A DNA stretch of 64,000 bases from a virus: the IMG/VR virus record IMGVR_UViG_3300046690_000339, positions 1-64,000 of that record. The stretch is one strand, 5' to 3'. Position numbers and translations under genes: made by a program. Under the pieces are notes generated by a model, which ran no database searches, was not told the DNA's origin, and worked only from the letters and a program-made list of their open reading frames with translations. Shown here in pieces: positions 48,369 through 58,146 of the stretch; positions within the stretch are counted from its first letter, which is position 1; the number at the start of each line of letters is the position of its first letter.

Positions 48369-49117
48369 TAGGCCGCCTCTTTCGCGTGATAGTTCTCGAC
48401 GACCCAGGGAGATTCGTATGTCGTTTTCTTCTCGATGATGGCCCACGGTTTGACGCCGCCGTAAAAAAACACGATGCGCGCCTGCTCCGGTAAGCGCCGT
48501 TTATGCTCGGCCCGAATGCTCGGCCAGCCATAGACGCCGTCGTCCTGACTCCAGCCCTTCTCGTCGGGGCCCAGCACATGACGGATCCACGCCTGGTCGG
48601 TGCCCATGTAGGAGCTCGCCGCGCGTACGCTCGGGTTGCCGTAAAACTCTTTCCATACCTGCTTTCTCGCGCCGGCGGACATCATCCACATCGAGCCCTG
48701 GTAGCAGTTGACCAGGTCGAACGGGATCGCCTGAACATGACGGCGATAAATCAGGAAATCTTCCGGCCGGTCGAAAAGGCTGTCGAGGTTTTGCAAAACG
48801 ACACAGTCGAGATCGATGCTGACAAAGCGTGGACCGAAAAACTCCGCAGCCTCCTCGCTGAAGGCTTTGAGCCGGACGTAACAATGAGCCCTGCCGCGAC
48901 CCCATCTCTCGTTTCTCACCGTGCGCCAGTCGTCCCACAGCGGGATGGGAGTGATTAAAGGATCATAGGTGGCGTCGGGCTGATCGGTGGCCAGGACAAA
49001 ACGGTGCGGCAAAGTCAGGTTCCGATGAATCATGCGCGCCCAGGTGTTAACATGATCCGCCGTGTACGTGACTTTGCCGTTGTCCTGCTTCCAGAGCCAG
49101 CCGACTATGGTCAACAT
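48368..49117 (-). CDS. glycosyltransferase-like protein (GT-A, DxD)
   Basis: HVN...RNL..PHRFV..TD, SIDLDCVV, DQAWI; paralog of 58849..59556. Confidence 0.75.
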   Translation of the reverse strand: MLTIVGWLWKQDNGKVTYTADHVNTWARMIHRNLTLPHRFVLATDQPDATYDPLITPIPLWDDWRTVRNERWGRGRAHCYVRLKAFSEEAAEFFGPRFVSIDLDCVVLQNLDSLFDRPEDFLIYRRHVQAIPFDLVNCYQGSMWMMSAGARKQVWKEFYGNPSVRAASSYMGTDQAWIRHVLGPDEKGWSQDDGVYGWPSIRAEHKRRLPEQARIVFFYGGVKPWAIIEKKTTYESPWVVENYHAKEAA

Positions 49118-49131
49118 GAATCTCGCCAATC

Positions 49132-50160
49132 TTACGAAGCGTTATCCAGTCCGACCTTGATGACTGCGTTCGGCCGCTTGTTGATCGGCAGAGGATTGCT
49201 CTGAGCCTCGAACTGGACACCCTTGTCGAAATCCATCAACTTCTGTTTGCTGTAGTAGGGCAGCCCGATCGTGTTGACGGTCTCGACGTAGTTGGCCGGC
49301 GCAAAATAGGTCTTCCACATCTCGGGAACACCAATCGGGAAAACGAAGGCTTCGTCGGCTTCGATATAATTCGTGCCGTTGACGTTGCCGCGGTACTCTT
49401 CCCATACGATGTTGCCGATGCGAACCGCGCCGTAGCGCAAGTCATCTTCGCGGAAGAAACGAGCGTCTTGCCAGTTGAGGTAATATTGCGCGACTTTCGC
49501 GTGACCGAGCAGGGCATCGATGAACTCTGATCCCGCAAATCCATGAATCGCCTGATAGGTGAAAGCGCCGAGAGCCGACTCGATCTTGCGGATGATCTGA
49601 CGACACTGTCCGACCACGTCCGTTCCAGCAGTGCTGAGCTCCATGTCATGAGTTTGCTGCGTGACATTGAGCTGGGTGAAAAGATCGTAGAGCGTGGTAA
49701 CGTTGCCGGACTTGTCGATCTGCAAAATCAGCCCCTTCAGCGCGCCGATCTTCATCCACTCGATCGTCACATCGAGCTTGTCTTTCATGCGCTGGAGTTC
49801 GCGGTTGACCTTGGCGTCGATCGCGTCGCGCTCCGTCTCCGAGCCAAAGGCGCGGATGCCCTGGACTTCGTCGGCCATGACGGCGCCTTGTTGGGGCAAA
49901 TGCGGGACGGCCAAGTTCCGCAGCACCCGCTTGTCATCGACAACGACTGATGCGGGCGCATTGCGCGCAACGGTCGGAACGAGCGATAACGAGCCGCTGA
50001 CCTCTTCGATATCAACACTCAAGGTGTCGATGCCCTGCTCCTCGAAAAGACCCATCTCGGAGAGGCGCATGGGTTTGTGCGGGAGTTTGTTGATGGTGTC
50101 GGTGAGCGACGTCAGGCTGTAGCCATCCGCCTTAAATACATCGAGCATATTACCGGGCAT
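49132..50160 (-). CDS. major capsid protein (lambda gpE family)
   Basis: SLT..IN.LP, VQGIRAFG, TIEW...GALKG, FAPA...ETVNT.G.PYY and QSNPL. Confidence 0.93.
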   Translation of the reverse strand: MPGNMLDVFKADGYSLTSLTDTINKLPHKPMRLSEMGLFEEQGIDTLSVDIEEVSGSLSLVPTVARNAPASVVVDDKRVLRNLAVPHLPQQGAVMADEVQGIRAFGSETERDAIDAKVNRELQRMKDKLDVTIEWMKIGALKGLILQIDKSGNVTTLYDLFTQLNVTQQTHDMELSTAGTDVVGQCRQIIRKIESALGAFTYQAIHGFAGSEFIDALLGHAKVAQYYLNWQDARFFREDDLRYGAVRIGNIVWEEYRGNVNGTNYIEADEAFVFPIGVPEMWKTYFAPANYVETVNTIGLPYYSKQKLMDFDKGVQFEAQSNPLPINKRPNAVIKVGLDNAS

Positions 50161-50207
50161 GGGTTTTTCTCCTTTGTTCGTTCAGCGCTTGGAGCCGCTG
50201 GTTTTTG

Positions 50208-50573
50208 TTAGTCGCGGACAATAATTCCGAGCGCCAAGAGATCCGCCCGTCCGGCAGTAATCGCTGTGCCGTCGCTGCTGCCCCAATCGAGCATTGCGGC
50301 CTTGACGACGCAGTCGCGGACAATCACCGCAGCCTTCTTATCGCCGCCGCTGGCGTCGCAGTCGTCAAAGAGAATTCCGGCAGCCGCTTGCGTGCCGTCG
50401 CTGGCGCCGTTGTCGTAAACCGCATATTTCCCGCCAGAAGTGATTTTGCCGAGTACCTTGCAGGCCGTGAGGTTCTGCCCGCTGACGACGGTCACTTCCT
50501 CGCGCGAGCGATCGTAATTCGCCTCGCTCAGAATAAATTCGCCGCTATGTTTGCCTTCAGTTTTCGCCGCCAT
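50208..50573 (-). CDS. head decoration protein (gpD-like)
   Basis: EFILSEA...SRE...VLGKIT...DGTQ.AAGIL...LGIIVR. Confidence 0.9.
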   Translation of the reverse strand: MAAKTEGKHSGEFILSEANYDRSREEVTVVSGQNLTACKVLGKITSGGKYAVYDNGASDGTQAAAGILFDDCDASGGDKKAAVIVRDCVVKAAMLDWGSSDGTAITAGRADLLALGIIVRD

Positions 50574-50600
50574 GTTTTGTCCTCCTGAGTTTTGGAACGT

Positions 50601-51704
50601 TTATTTTTGCTGTTTTCGGCGCAGCGCGTAGATCTCTGCCGCGGTTGATGTCGGCTTCGTTTTCTCCGTGCGCCGCTCGGCTTCAGGCGCAAGCTTGTTA
50701 TCGATCTCCGGCCCCTGGCGCGCGATCAGAACGTCGAAAAGATCGTCGGCGACTTCTTTCACCGACATGCCGGCTTTGATGTAGTTATTCGCCCGGTCCG
50801 GAAGTCTGGCGGCAAGGCAGCGCGCGCGAATCTTGGTGGCGTCGGCGAGCTTCGATTTGACCTCGTCCGCGCTCAGCCCACGGTCGAGGAACGACGCGGC
50901 GGCTTCCGGCACGCCGGCATCTGTGCATGCAGCGAGAATATCGCGGGCGCGTTTCTCGCCCGCCTTCTGAGCGTTCTCTACATTTTTGGCGCTTTGATGG
51001 GCAGCTTCTGCTTCTTCGGCGGCAATCTCCTCGGCGGTTTTCGCCGGTGCCGCTGGCTCTGGCTCGGTGACTGGTGCCGGTTTCGGGTCGGGTTCCGGTG
51101 TTTCGGCAAAAGGCTTGAGAGCAGTGGGAAGGTTTTTGAAAGTCGCAAGGTTCGCATTTGCCGCCATCTTCACCGAGTCGGTGACTTCATCGGCCAGGCC
51201 CGCATCGAGCGCTTCCTGAGCGCTGAACCAAGTGTCCTCGTTCATCCATTTTTTGACTTCTTTTTCGCTTTTGCCGGTTTTGACCATGTAGGTCGATTGC
51301 AGGGCACCGGCGATCTTCTGCAGCTCGTCGGCCACGCTGATCATGTCTTCGGCGTCGCCGATGACGATGGCGAGCGGGTCGTGAATAAACATAAACGTGT
51401 TGGCCGGCATGATGACTTTGTCGCCGGCCATGGCGATGATCGAAGCGATTGAAGCGGCGATGCCATAGACCTCGACCGTGACGTTGGCGGGGTGGCGCTT
51501 GAGCGCGTTGTAAATGGCGATGCCGTCGAAGACCTCGCCGCCGTTTGAATTGATCCGCACGCGGATGTTTTGAATATTGTCGCCAAGTGCTTTCAGATCG
51601 CCGATAAAATCCCTGGCGCTGATGCCCCAATAACCGATGATGTCGAAGATATCGATGAGCGCTTCGTTCTCGTTCTGAGCTCTGATGGAATACCAAGTTT
51701 TCAT
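50601..51704 (-). CDS. ClpP-type head maturation protease with scaffold
   Basis: INSNGG.VFDG.AIYN, AASIAS.IAMAGD, IHDP and TWFSA.EA. Confidence 0.93.
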   Translation of the reverse strand: MKTWYSIRAQNENEALIDIFDIIGYWGISARDFIGDLKALGDNIQNIRVRINSNGGEVFDGIAIYNALKRHPANVTVEVYGIAASIASIIAMAGDKVIMPANTFMFIHDPLAIVIGDAEDMISVADELQKIAGALQSTYMVKTGKSEKEVKKWMNEDTWFSAQEALDAGLADEVTDSVKMAANANLATFKNLPTALKPFAETPEPDPKPAPVTEPEPAAPAKTAEEIAAEEAEAAHQSAKNVENAQKAGEKRARDILAACTDAGVPEAAASFLDRGLSADEVKSKLADATKIRARCLAARLPDRANNYIKAGMSVKEVADDLFDVLIARQGPEIDNKLAPEAERRTEKTKPTSTAAEIYALRRKQQK

Positions 51705-51723
51705 TTTTCACCTCGTAGAAACG

Positions 51724-51765
51724 AAAAAAGCCGCCCGACTCCCCGAAGGAAGTGGGCGGCTTTTT
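51724..51765. terminator. bidirectional intrinsic terminator
   Basis: A6-GCCGCCC...GGGCGGC-T5. Confidence 0.8.
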
Positions 51766-51813
51766 AGCGCCAAGCCGGCGGCGCGGTTATGAAATCAGTT
51801 GATCGTTCTTAAA

Positions 51814-52011
51814 TTAATCGCTCTCAGTCGTCAAGTCTGTTTTTCCGTGCCCCTCATAGAGCACTTTCACCGGTTCGCCGTTTTTCGCACCCAGGATGAC
51901 CTCGAAGTGGATCTTGGTGAGCGTGCGGTCGATCTCCAGCACCTTATCGCGGCGCGCAAGCTCGCGAATTATGACCTCGCTGATCCTTGTCGCTCGCGGT
52001 AGCATCAGCAC
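51814..52011 (-). CDS. small hypothetical protein upstream of the terminator
   Basis: 65-aa coupled ORF. Confidence 0.55.
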   Translation of the reverse strand: MLMLPRATRISEVIIRELARRDKVLEIDRTLTKIHFEVILGAKNGEPVKVLYEGHGKTDLTTESD

Positions 52012-52423
52012 TTCCCTGCTTCTTTGACCGTTTCCAAATCGACTACAGTGTCCATGATCTCGGCCATGCGCGGCAAGCCAACCTTTAACAATTCAAAAAA
52101 GATGTGAGCGCGATTGTAAAACTCAACGCCGTCAAAGCCGTAATTAGCCAGTGGAAGTGGATCGGGAATTAAGATGACTTGATCCACGCTATCGCCCTAT
52201 TGTGTTTCCTTGTTTGTCTCTAACGTGCCAGCCTCTAGACACTTTTTCGATTTTCATTCCGCACAGAGTGGTATCTGGCGCTATATGATGGCTAAACTTA
52301 AAGCCAATTCCTCTGATGCACTCATCGAGATCGGCTTCGCTGGCCACTAATGTTAGGTCCGGCTTCTCCGCGTAAAGTTTCATAAACTCGTGACTCGCCC
52401 AAAGAAGATCGCCCAATTTCATC

Positions 52424-54001
52424 CTAGTAGCCCGCCCCAGCCTGACTAGGGTCGGCATTTGGATCAGCATTCGGGTCGGCATTTGGATCCGCCTGCGGCG
52501 GCTTGCTTGCCGATGATCCAAAGTCTGAAACCAGGCCCAACTCGCGGTCGCGCTTCAAATCTTCCTGACGCTCCAAATCGATTTCTCTCACATCCTCGCC
52601 GTCTTCGCTCTTGATCCTCTTTCGGCTGGTGAGTCCGGCCTTGAGCGCCTGCACGTCGGCTTCCACGTCCTGCAGCGCATGGAGATATGGCCAGCCTTCC
52701 GGATGGCACGCGACTTTCTGATAATCCTGCGGCGCAACGCCGACCGGTTCCGGAAGCGCTCCGGATAAAATCGCTATATCAATAAAGTCCTTCCAGATCG
52801 GAAGGCAGACTTGCGGGATCGTCAATTGCCAGCGGTCCTGCTCGACGGAGCGATGATACTCGGCCAAAACAACGCGCAGCGTGCGGTCGTTCAGCTTGGA
52901 AAAATCGCCGCTGATGAATTCATAGGGCACGTCCTGGCCGGCGCCGATGCCGAGGAGCTGCTGGCGAACGAAATCGGCATAGCCGCCGCCACTACTATCG
53001 CCCTCGAAGAGCTTCACATCCTCGCCCGGCAGTGTCGTGAAAAACTGTCCGGCCTGAATGTCGGTCACAGGGATGCCGTTGAAATCCTTGTTGATCGGTT
53101 CGCCCGTCAGTGGGTCGAAAAGATCGTCGACGTCGGGCGTGTAAGTGGGGCGCGTGATCGCACCGGTGAAAGCCGAGCGGTTTTTCTTCCTGACGAGCTC
53201 GGCGTCATCATACTCATCGAAGTCCTTCGCCTTGATGAGCGCCTGGACGATCGCCGGCACGCCGCGGATCTGACCGGGCCGCAGCGGCGCGTAGTGATGA
53301 ATCACCGACTCTGCAGGTATGGCTATAAGCTCCAGGTCGCGGAATTGCCCCAAAAAGAAATCGCCCGGGTGACTCCGATACATCCAATAGGCGCGGCGCT
53401 TGCCGATAGGGTCGAACTCGATGCCGGCGCGGACCGTCCGCCCGCCGGCAATGAACGAGTTTTGATCGTGCGGGCAAAGCTCCGGTTCGATCAGTTGGTA
53501 TTGCAGCGGGACCGGCAGACCGTCAGAGGAACGGCGCAGTCTGCGGCGAATGAAGATCTCCCCTGCCGCGCGGCGGGTGCGGACGATCTGGCTCAGCATG
53601 CCACTAAAATCGAACATCCCGTCGGCGTCGAAATATTGCGATTGGCGCTCCCATAACTTGTCGGCCATCTTGCGCCACTCTTCATCAGGTGCTGCGGATT
53701 TGAAAGTAATCCCACAGCCGATTTCATTGGCGACCCAGGAATTGACGCCCCTGGTGATCCAGGGATTGTTGCGGATCAAATCACGGCTGCGGTTTCTCAG
53801 CTGAGTCAGATCGCGGAGGATGGCCTGATTAGGACCGATCGCGCCGGGAAGCCAGCCAGCGAGGCGCCGGCCCATGGCACCGGCTTCGTATTGATTGCGG
53901 ACTGATAGGCGCGAGGATGTTTTGGCGGTGCCGGTTTTTTTGGGCTTTGGTTTGCCGCGCTTGGCTTTGTTGCGCGGACGCGGTTTGCCTCTGGCGTTCA
54001 T
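52424..54001 (-). CDS. portal protein, lambda family
   Basis: YEAG...R, LRNRSRDL.RNN, GIEFD..G...AYW, RPGQ.RGVP and SGDFS..N. Confidence 0.95.
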   Translation of the reverse strand: MNARGKPRPRNKAKRGKPKPKKTGTAKTSSRLSVRNQYEAGAMGRRLAGWLPGAIGPNQAILRDLTQLRNRSRDLIRNNPWITRGVNSWVANEIGCGITFKSAAPDEEWRKMADKLWERQSQYFDADGMFDFSGMLSQIVRTRRAAGEIFIRRRLRRSSDGLPVPLQYQLIEPELCPHDQNSFIAGGRTVRAGIEFDPIGKRRAYWMYRSHPGDFFLGQFRDLELIAIPAESVIHHYAPLRPGQIRGVPAIVQALIKAKDFDEYDDAELVRKKNRSAFTGAITRPTYTPDVDDLFDPLTGEPINKDFNGIPVTDIQAGQFFTTLPGEDVKLFEGDSSGGGYADFVRQQLLGIGAGQDVPYEFISGDFSKLNDRTLRVVLAEYHRSVEQDRWQLTIPQVCLPIWKDFIDIAILSGALPEPVGVAPQDYQKVACHPEGWPYLHALQDVEADVQALKAGLTSRKRIKSEDGEDVREIDLERQEDLKRDRELGLVSDFGSSASKPPQADPNADPNADPNADPSQAGAGY

Positions 54002-54258
54002 AATCCCTTGCAATACCTCGACCGAATAATCATCCGCCGGTGGCCGGTGACCTGCGCCAGTTCGTCTTGAAGCTCTTTTAAGCGCGCCTGGAGATCTTTA
54101 TAGGATGGACGCACGCCTTGCTCGCTGCGATCACCCTGGATACCCATGACTAAAGCGTTGCGGAGTCCGACGCTACCTTCCTTCGTCGACTCCATTTCTT
54201 TCAGCGCGCAACGAATGCGCTCGATATCAGCGTTGATTTCTGCGGCAGTGCGAGCCAT
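53998..54258 (-). CDS. gpW-like head-tail joining protein
   Basis: GDRS...SYKDL..L...; directly upstream of the portal gene. Confidence 0.55.
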   Translation of the reverse strand: MARTAAEINADIERIRCALKEMESTKEGSVGLRNALVMGIQGDRSEQGVRPSYKDLQARLKELQDELAQVTGHRRMIIRSRYCKGL

Positions 54259-54334
54259 TTCTGCGATACGCTAAATTAAATTGCGCAGTCGCGCAACTGC
54301 AAAGCACAACTAATTGGGGTTTGATGGGTCGGCG

Positions 54335-55012
54335 CTAGAGAGAGGCTCTGGTTGGTCGTTTCGCCAGCAACAGCCTCAATAGATACCCGCCGGCGCTGCC
54401 GATATCGACCGCGTGAATCCCGCGACTCGCCAGCCGGTTCGCAAGACAGGTCGCCGTCGGTCCACAGCACAACAGCGCCACCTCGGGCTTGGACCTGACG
54501 ATTTCGTCCTCGAGCCGGTCAATCTCGGCGTAGGCCTCGCGGCTCGGACATGGAATCTTTTTCATTCTTTTGGCCGAGAGCCTGACAGCCTTCACGATTT
54601 TGTTTTCCGGTTCCGAAAGCACGGCTACGCGCTTGTCTTTCCAGATCGACTCGACTTTCGCGGCAAACTTGCCGACGTTGATCCATGGAGCGGAGTCCGG
54701 CCTGGTGATAAATGCGCTGTGATAGCACACATCGTTGGGCCGCAGAATCTTAGCGAATCTTTCGGCGTGACGCATCCAGTTGTCATACTTCGGCCCCGCC
54801 GGAGACATCGTCGGGATACCGACCAGGCAATTCACGTCGGGATCTTGCAAAACCTTTAACAGTTCTGAGCCGAGCTCCGCGCAGCCCGGCTCGCGCATAT
54901 AGCCGCCGCCGTCCATCAGCTTCAGCTCGCCGTCACCGAAGCGGGCGAGCGACTTGCCGCTCAACACGGCGTTGATGGTTTTGAATTCGCCTATGACTTG
55001 GGGATAGGTCAT
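54335..55012 (-). CDS. GT-D fold (DUF1792-like) glycosyltransferase
   Basis: SLARFGDGE, FITRPD and GPTAT.LA..L...AVDIG. Confidence 0.85.
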   Translation of the reverse strand: MTYPQVIGEFKTINAVLSGKSLARFGDGELKLMDGGGYMREPGCAELGSELLKVLQDPDVNCLVGIPTMSPAGPKYDNWMRHAERFAKILRPNDVCYHSAFITRPDSAPWINVGKFAAKVESIWKDKRVAVLSEPENKIVKAVRLSAKRMKKIPCPSREAYAEIDRLEDEIVRSKPEVALLCCGPTATCLANRLASRGIHAVDIGSAGGYLLRLLLAKRPTRASL

Positions 55013-55044
55013 AGATTAAACAGATGACACCAACATCGTGCTCA

Positions 55045-55848
55045 TCATAATTCCCTCGTCCAAGGAAACCGCAACGGGTTTTTCGGCTTCGGATTGCCTT
55101 TTTCCATCACCGCCAGGCGCCGCTTTTTATATTCCATCTTGTCGCGCGGCAGTGACCAATCGCTGGCGTCTTTGATCACGTCGCGGGTATAGACCTCCAA
55201 GCGGATCGGCGCCGGCAGTAGCAGCGGCGCACCATGCAGCGCCTCCAGCCGATGCAGGAAAGCGTTGCCGCCGCCGATGGCGCCGGAAAAATCTTCGTTG
55301 TAGCCACCGACCTTATTCAAATAAACGTCGCGGCGTACCAGATAAGAATCGACGTGCGGGTGAATCTCGCCATATTCCTGCTCGTCGGAGATCTTGTCTT
55401 TCTTGCGCGTCTCGTCGGCGCGGCCGACGCGCCAGCGCGGAAAGCGATACCAGTGCTTAGGATCCGGCGTGAAGTTCAGCAACTCGGCTGCTACGTCGGC
55501 GGGTAAAATATGATCGACATCTACAGGTAAAATCCATTCGGTTGTCGCGACGTGAGCGCCGAGATTTCTCGCGCCGCCGCGGTTCCAGGGAATATCCTTC
55601 TCGATGCGGTATAGGTTGAGCGGTGCTTCGCGGAGAAACGGAATCGGGTATCGGTTTGGTTCGGCAAGATGACGCCGTCCGAATGCGCGCTCGGTGATAA
55701 TCGGTAATGCTGCCTCGGGGCTGCCATCGTCGACGCAGATCACCTTGATGCCCTCGGGATAGTGGTTCCACTCTTCGACCTGGCGCTCTAACATAGAAAT
55801 ATTGCGGTAGAACGGCACTATCAACGTCACTTCATTTAGCGCATTCAA
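55045..55848 (-). CDS. GT2/GT7-like glycosyltransferase
   Basis: LIVPFY, VDDGS, WNRGGARNLG, DVDH and GGYNEDF. Start is uncertain. Confidence 0.85.
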   Translation of the reverse strand: MNALNEVTLIVPFYRNISMLERQVEEWNHYPEGIKVICVDDGSPEAALPIITERAFGRRHLAEPNRYPIPFLREAPLNLYRIEKDIPWNRGGARNLGAHVATTEWILPVDVDHILPADVAAELLNFTPDPKHWYRFPRWRVGRADETRKKDKISDEQEYGEIHPHVDSYLVRRDVYLNKVGGYNEDFSGAIGGGNAFLHRLEALHGAPLLLPAPIRLEVYTRDVIKDASDWSLPRDKMEYKKRRLAVMEKGNPKPKNPLRFPWTREL

Positions 55849-56449
55849 AGACGATATCCTCTCCGACTCGTTCGACCGGGCGATAATCCAATGGTGCAAG
55901 AAGGGACTCCAAATCTCCATATTTATAACCTAAACGGTGCGCTTTTTTGTTCTCTTCTAGCACGAGCAGCGGCCTGTATTTACCAAGAGTCGCCTGCGCT
56001 CCCTTGAGCGCCGGAATTTCGTAACCCTCAAGATCCAGAAAGATCGCGTCGCAATACTCGAGCGCGAGATCGTCAATCCGGAGCATTGGTATCGGCCCGG
56101 CTGTCTCATCGATCTGGTGACCGCCGCTGTTCTTGCCCCGTATGAGCGCGGCCCCACGGTGATTTGTGCCGAGTGCGGCGCGCATCGCATAGACATTCGG
56201 CAGCGCTGCATTTATCGCAAGACAGGCGAAGTTCTCCCAATCGGGCTCGAAAGTGTAAACGTGTTCAAAATCCTCGGCCAATTTCTTCGGGTAAATGCCG
56301 ATATGGCCGCCCGCCTGGATCGCAACGCGCCGCTTGCGCACGCGATTAACGTGTCGATCGAGTTCGAGCGATCGATGAAGATACACCGACGGACCGGAAA
56401 GCGTAGGCGGACACCACCAACCATCTACTTGTTGCGTTCCCTCGATCAA
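55832..56449 (-). CDS. FkbM family methyltransferase
   Basis: QAGGHIG, FEP, IDDL and LDLEGYE..ALKGA. Confidence 0.9.
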   Translation of the reverse strand: MIEGTQQVDGWWCPPTLSGPSVYLHRSLELDRHVNRVRKRRVAIQAGGHIGIYPKKLAEDFEHVYTFEPDWENFACLAINAALPNVYAMRAALGTNHRGAALIRGKNSGGHQIDETAGPIPMLRIDDLALEYCDAIFLDLEGYEIPALKGAQATLGKYRPLLVLEENKKAHRLGYKYGDLESLLAPLDYRPVERVGEDIVFECAK

Positions 56450-56639
56450 ATTTTTCGCTCCACGCGTCTCGCCAGGATGATTTCAGCGTGAAAAGTGACA
56501 CTTCTAAGCATTAGAATTGGTTGGAAAGACTTCAAAAGCGGTATGTTGATATGCCTTTTTTCCAAAATCTCGCCACGCTCAACCACGCTCGTTTACGAGC
56601 TGGTCGATTTTTCTTCAAAAGCTCGCGTCCGCAAGTCTT

Positions 56640-57251
56640 TCATGCCTCCACAGCCCGTAGCCAGTTTTTTATCCTGTCCTCATGCGTAGGCCCGCGCATC
56701 ACATCTTTCGAGAATGCCACGCGCGGAAATCCAAACGGCTCAAGCCTGGTTCTCAGTTCCGCCTCGCGGTGCTTTTGACTCGCGATCTTACGCACGTCAA
56801 AATCGATCATGACAAACCAAACTTTTGCGAACTCGTTGGAGTCCAAAAGATCGTCAAGAATGTCACACTCAGCGCCTTCACAATTGAGCTTGAGATAAAC
56901 GATATCGCGGTGATCGACGTTTTTCTGAAACCAATCGGTTGCGCGGACAAACTGACACAGTTCGGAAGCATCCGACCGGGCTTTGTCCTTGTGCCAAACG
57001 CTTCCGCCCAGCCTACCGGGCTCGTGTATTATCCATTCGCAGCTTCGATTCCATAGTCCGAAGTGCTCGATTCTCACCAAGACCGTTGGGGGAAAGACGG
57101 CGCGTAAGTCGGCGATCTCCTGTAAATACGGCCAGCATAATTCTACCGGCTCAAAGCAAACGATCTCATCGAAGCGAAAGATCGGGTCGAGAGCCGCTGC
57201 CAGGCTTTGGCCGGTGTTGGCGCCGACGTCCAGGAATATGCGGCGGGTCAT
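56640..57251 (-). CDS. FkbM-like methyltransferase
   Basis: DVGANTG, FEP and KLNCEGAE. Confidence 0.85.
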   Translation of the reverse strand: MTRRIFLDVGANTGQSLAAALDPIFRFDEIVCFEPVELCWPYLQEIADLRAVFPPTVLVRIEHFGLWNRSCEWIIHEPGRLGGSVWHKDKARSDASELCQFVRATDWFQKNVDHRDIVYLKLNCEGAECDILDDLLDSNEFAKVWFVMIDFDVRKIASQKHREAELRTRLEPFGFPRVAFSKDVMRGPTHEDRIKNWLRAVEA

Positions 57252-57453
57252 TGACCCTCCAGCTTAAAGTCATTCGGCTTGAATTCGTCCGGCACGTCCG
57301 CCCAATCGATGATTCCTTTTTTAACCGCGCAGATGGCCAGCTCCTTGACGGAGTGATCGCTTAACTGACCATGCCCATCAACGGTACAAAGACGACCTTG
57401 GCCAAGCGCATACCAGTCCCAAAACTTTTGCGGGAACCTTTTTTCTTCCATTT

Positions 57454-58146
57454 CTACGCCTTCACCATTTGCAGAATACGCTGCCTTCCCGGCCACGGAA
57501 TTTCTGTGAGCGAGTAGCCTAGATCGCTCGCGACTCTTGCGTAAAACGAAAGTGGATGCTTGAACTGTTTCAGCCCGGTCCGAGTGTTGTCAGGCAGGTC
57601 TGTAGGAACATAGCTGAAATAGAAGTTACGGCTGCGCGGCGCGATATCTGCGATGGTCTCGGAGACGATAGCGGACGGAAGATGAATAAAAACCGAAAAC
57701 GCCCATGCGTAATCAAAGCACGGCCAAGTCGGCCAAATCTGCGCGTCAAAAGAATCCACGAAAACAGGACCCTTGAGCGCCCAGGCTTCTGTCACCGATA
57801 GAGTACGGCAGTGCGCCAGCGCTTCGGCAGAAATATCGATACCGGTATAATTGCCCGCGTTGAGACAGGGAACAATCGCGCGCGCCAAGCGGCCAGTACC
57901 GCAGCCGAAGTCGAGCAATCGATCCTCCGGACGTAGTCCCTGCGCGATCAAGAAATCCCGCTGAACTGCACCGTAAAACTCCCAATCCCCACCGATGGCT
58001 TGCTGCGGATCGGCTTTCACGCGGGCGTCGGTGTGCTTGCCGTAGGCGGTGAGAAAGTCGTTCTCGCGGTAGAGTTCGACGATATCAGGGTCGCGGCTCG
58101 ACTTGTCCGTGAGCCGAGCGATTTCATCCTGGGTAATCCGGTCCAT
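57454..58146 (-). CDS. class I SAM-dependent methyltransferase
   Basis: LDFGCGTGR, YTGIDIS and SVFIHL. Confidence 0.88.
   Translation of the reverse strand: MDRITQDEIARLTDKSSRDPDIVELYRENDFLTAYGKHTDARVKADPQQAIGGDWEFYGAVQRDFLIAQGLRPEDRLLDFGCGTGRLARAIVPCLNAGNYTGIDISAEALAHCRTLSVTEAWALKGPVFVDSFDAQIWPTWPCFDYAWAFSVFIHLPSAIVSETIADIAPRSRNFYFSYVPTDLPDNTRTGLKQFKHPLSFYARVASDLGYSLTEIPWPGRQRILQMVKA

Noticed and set aside
56446-56643. Small broken ORF with a GAGCGTGG duplication
   Set aside because: Too short and without motifs; may be decay or error.
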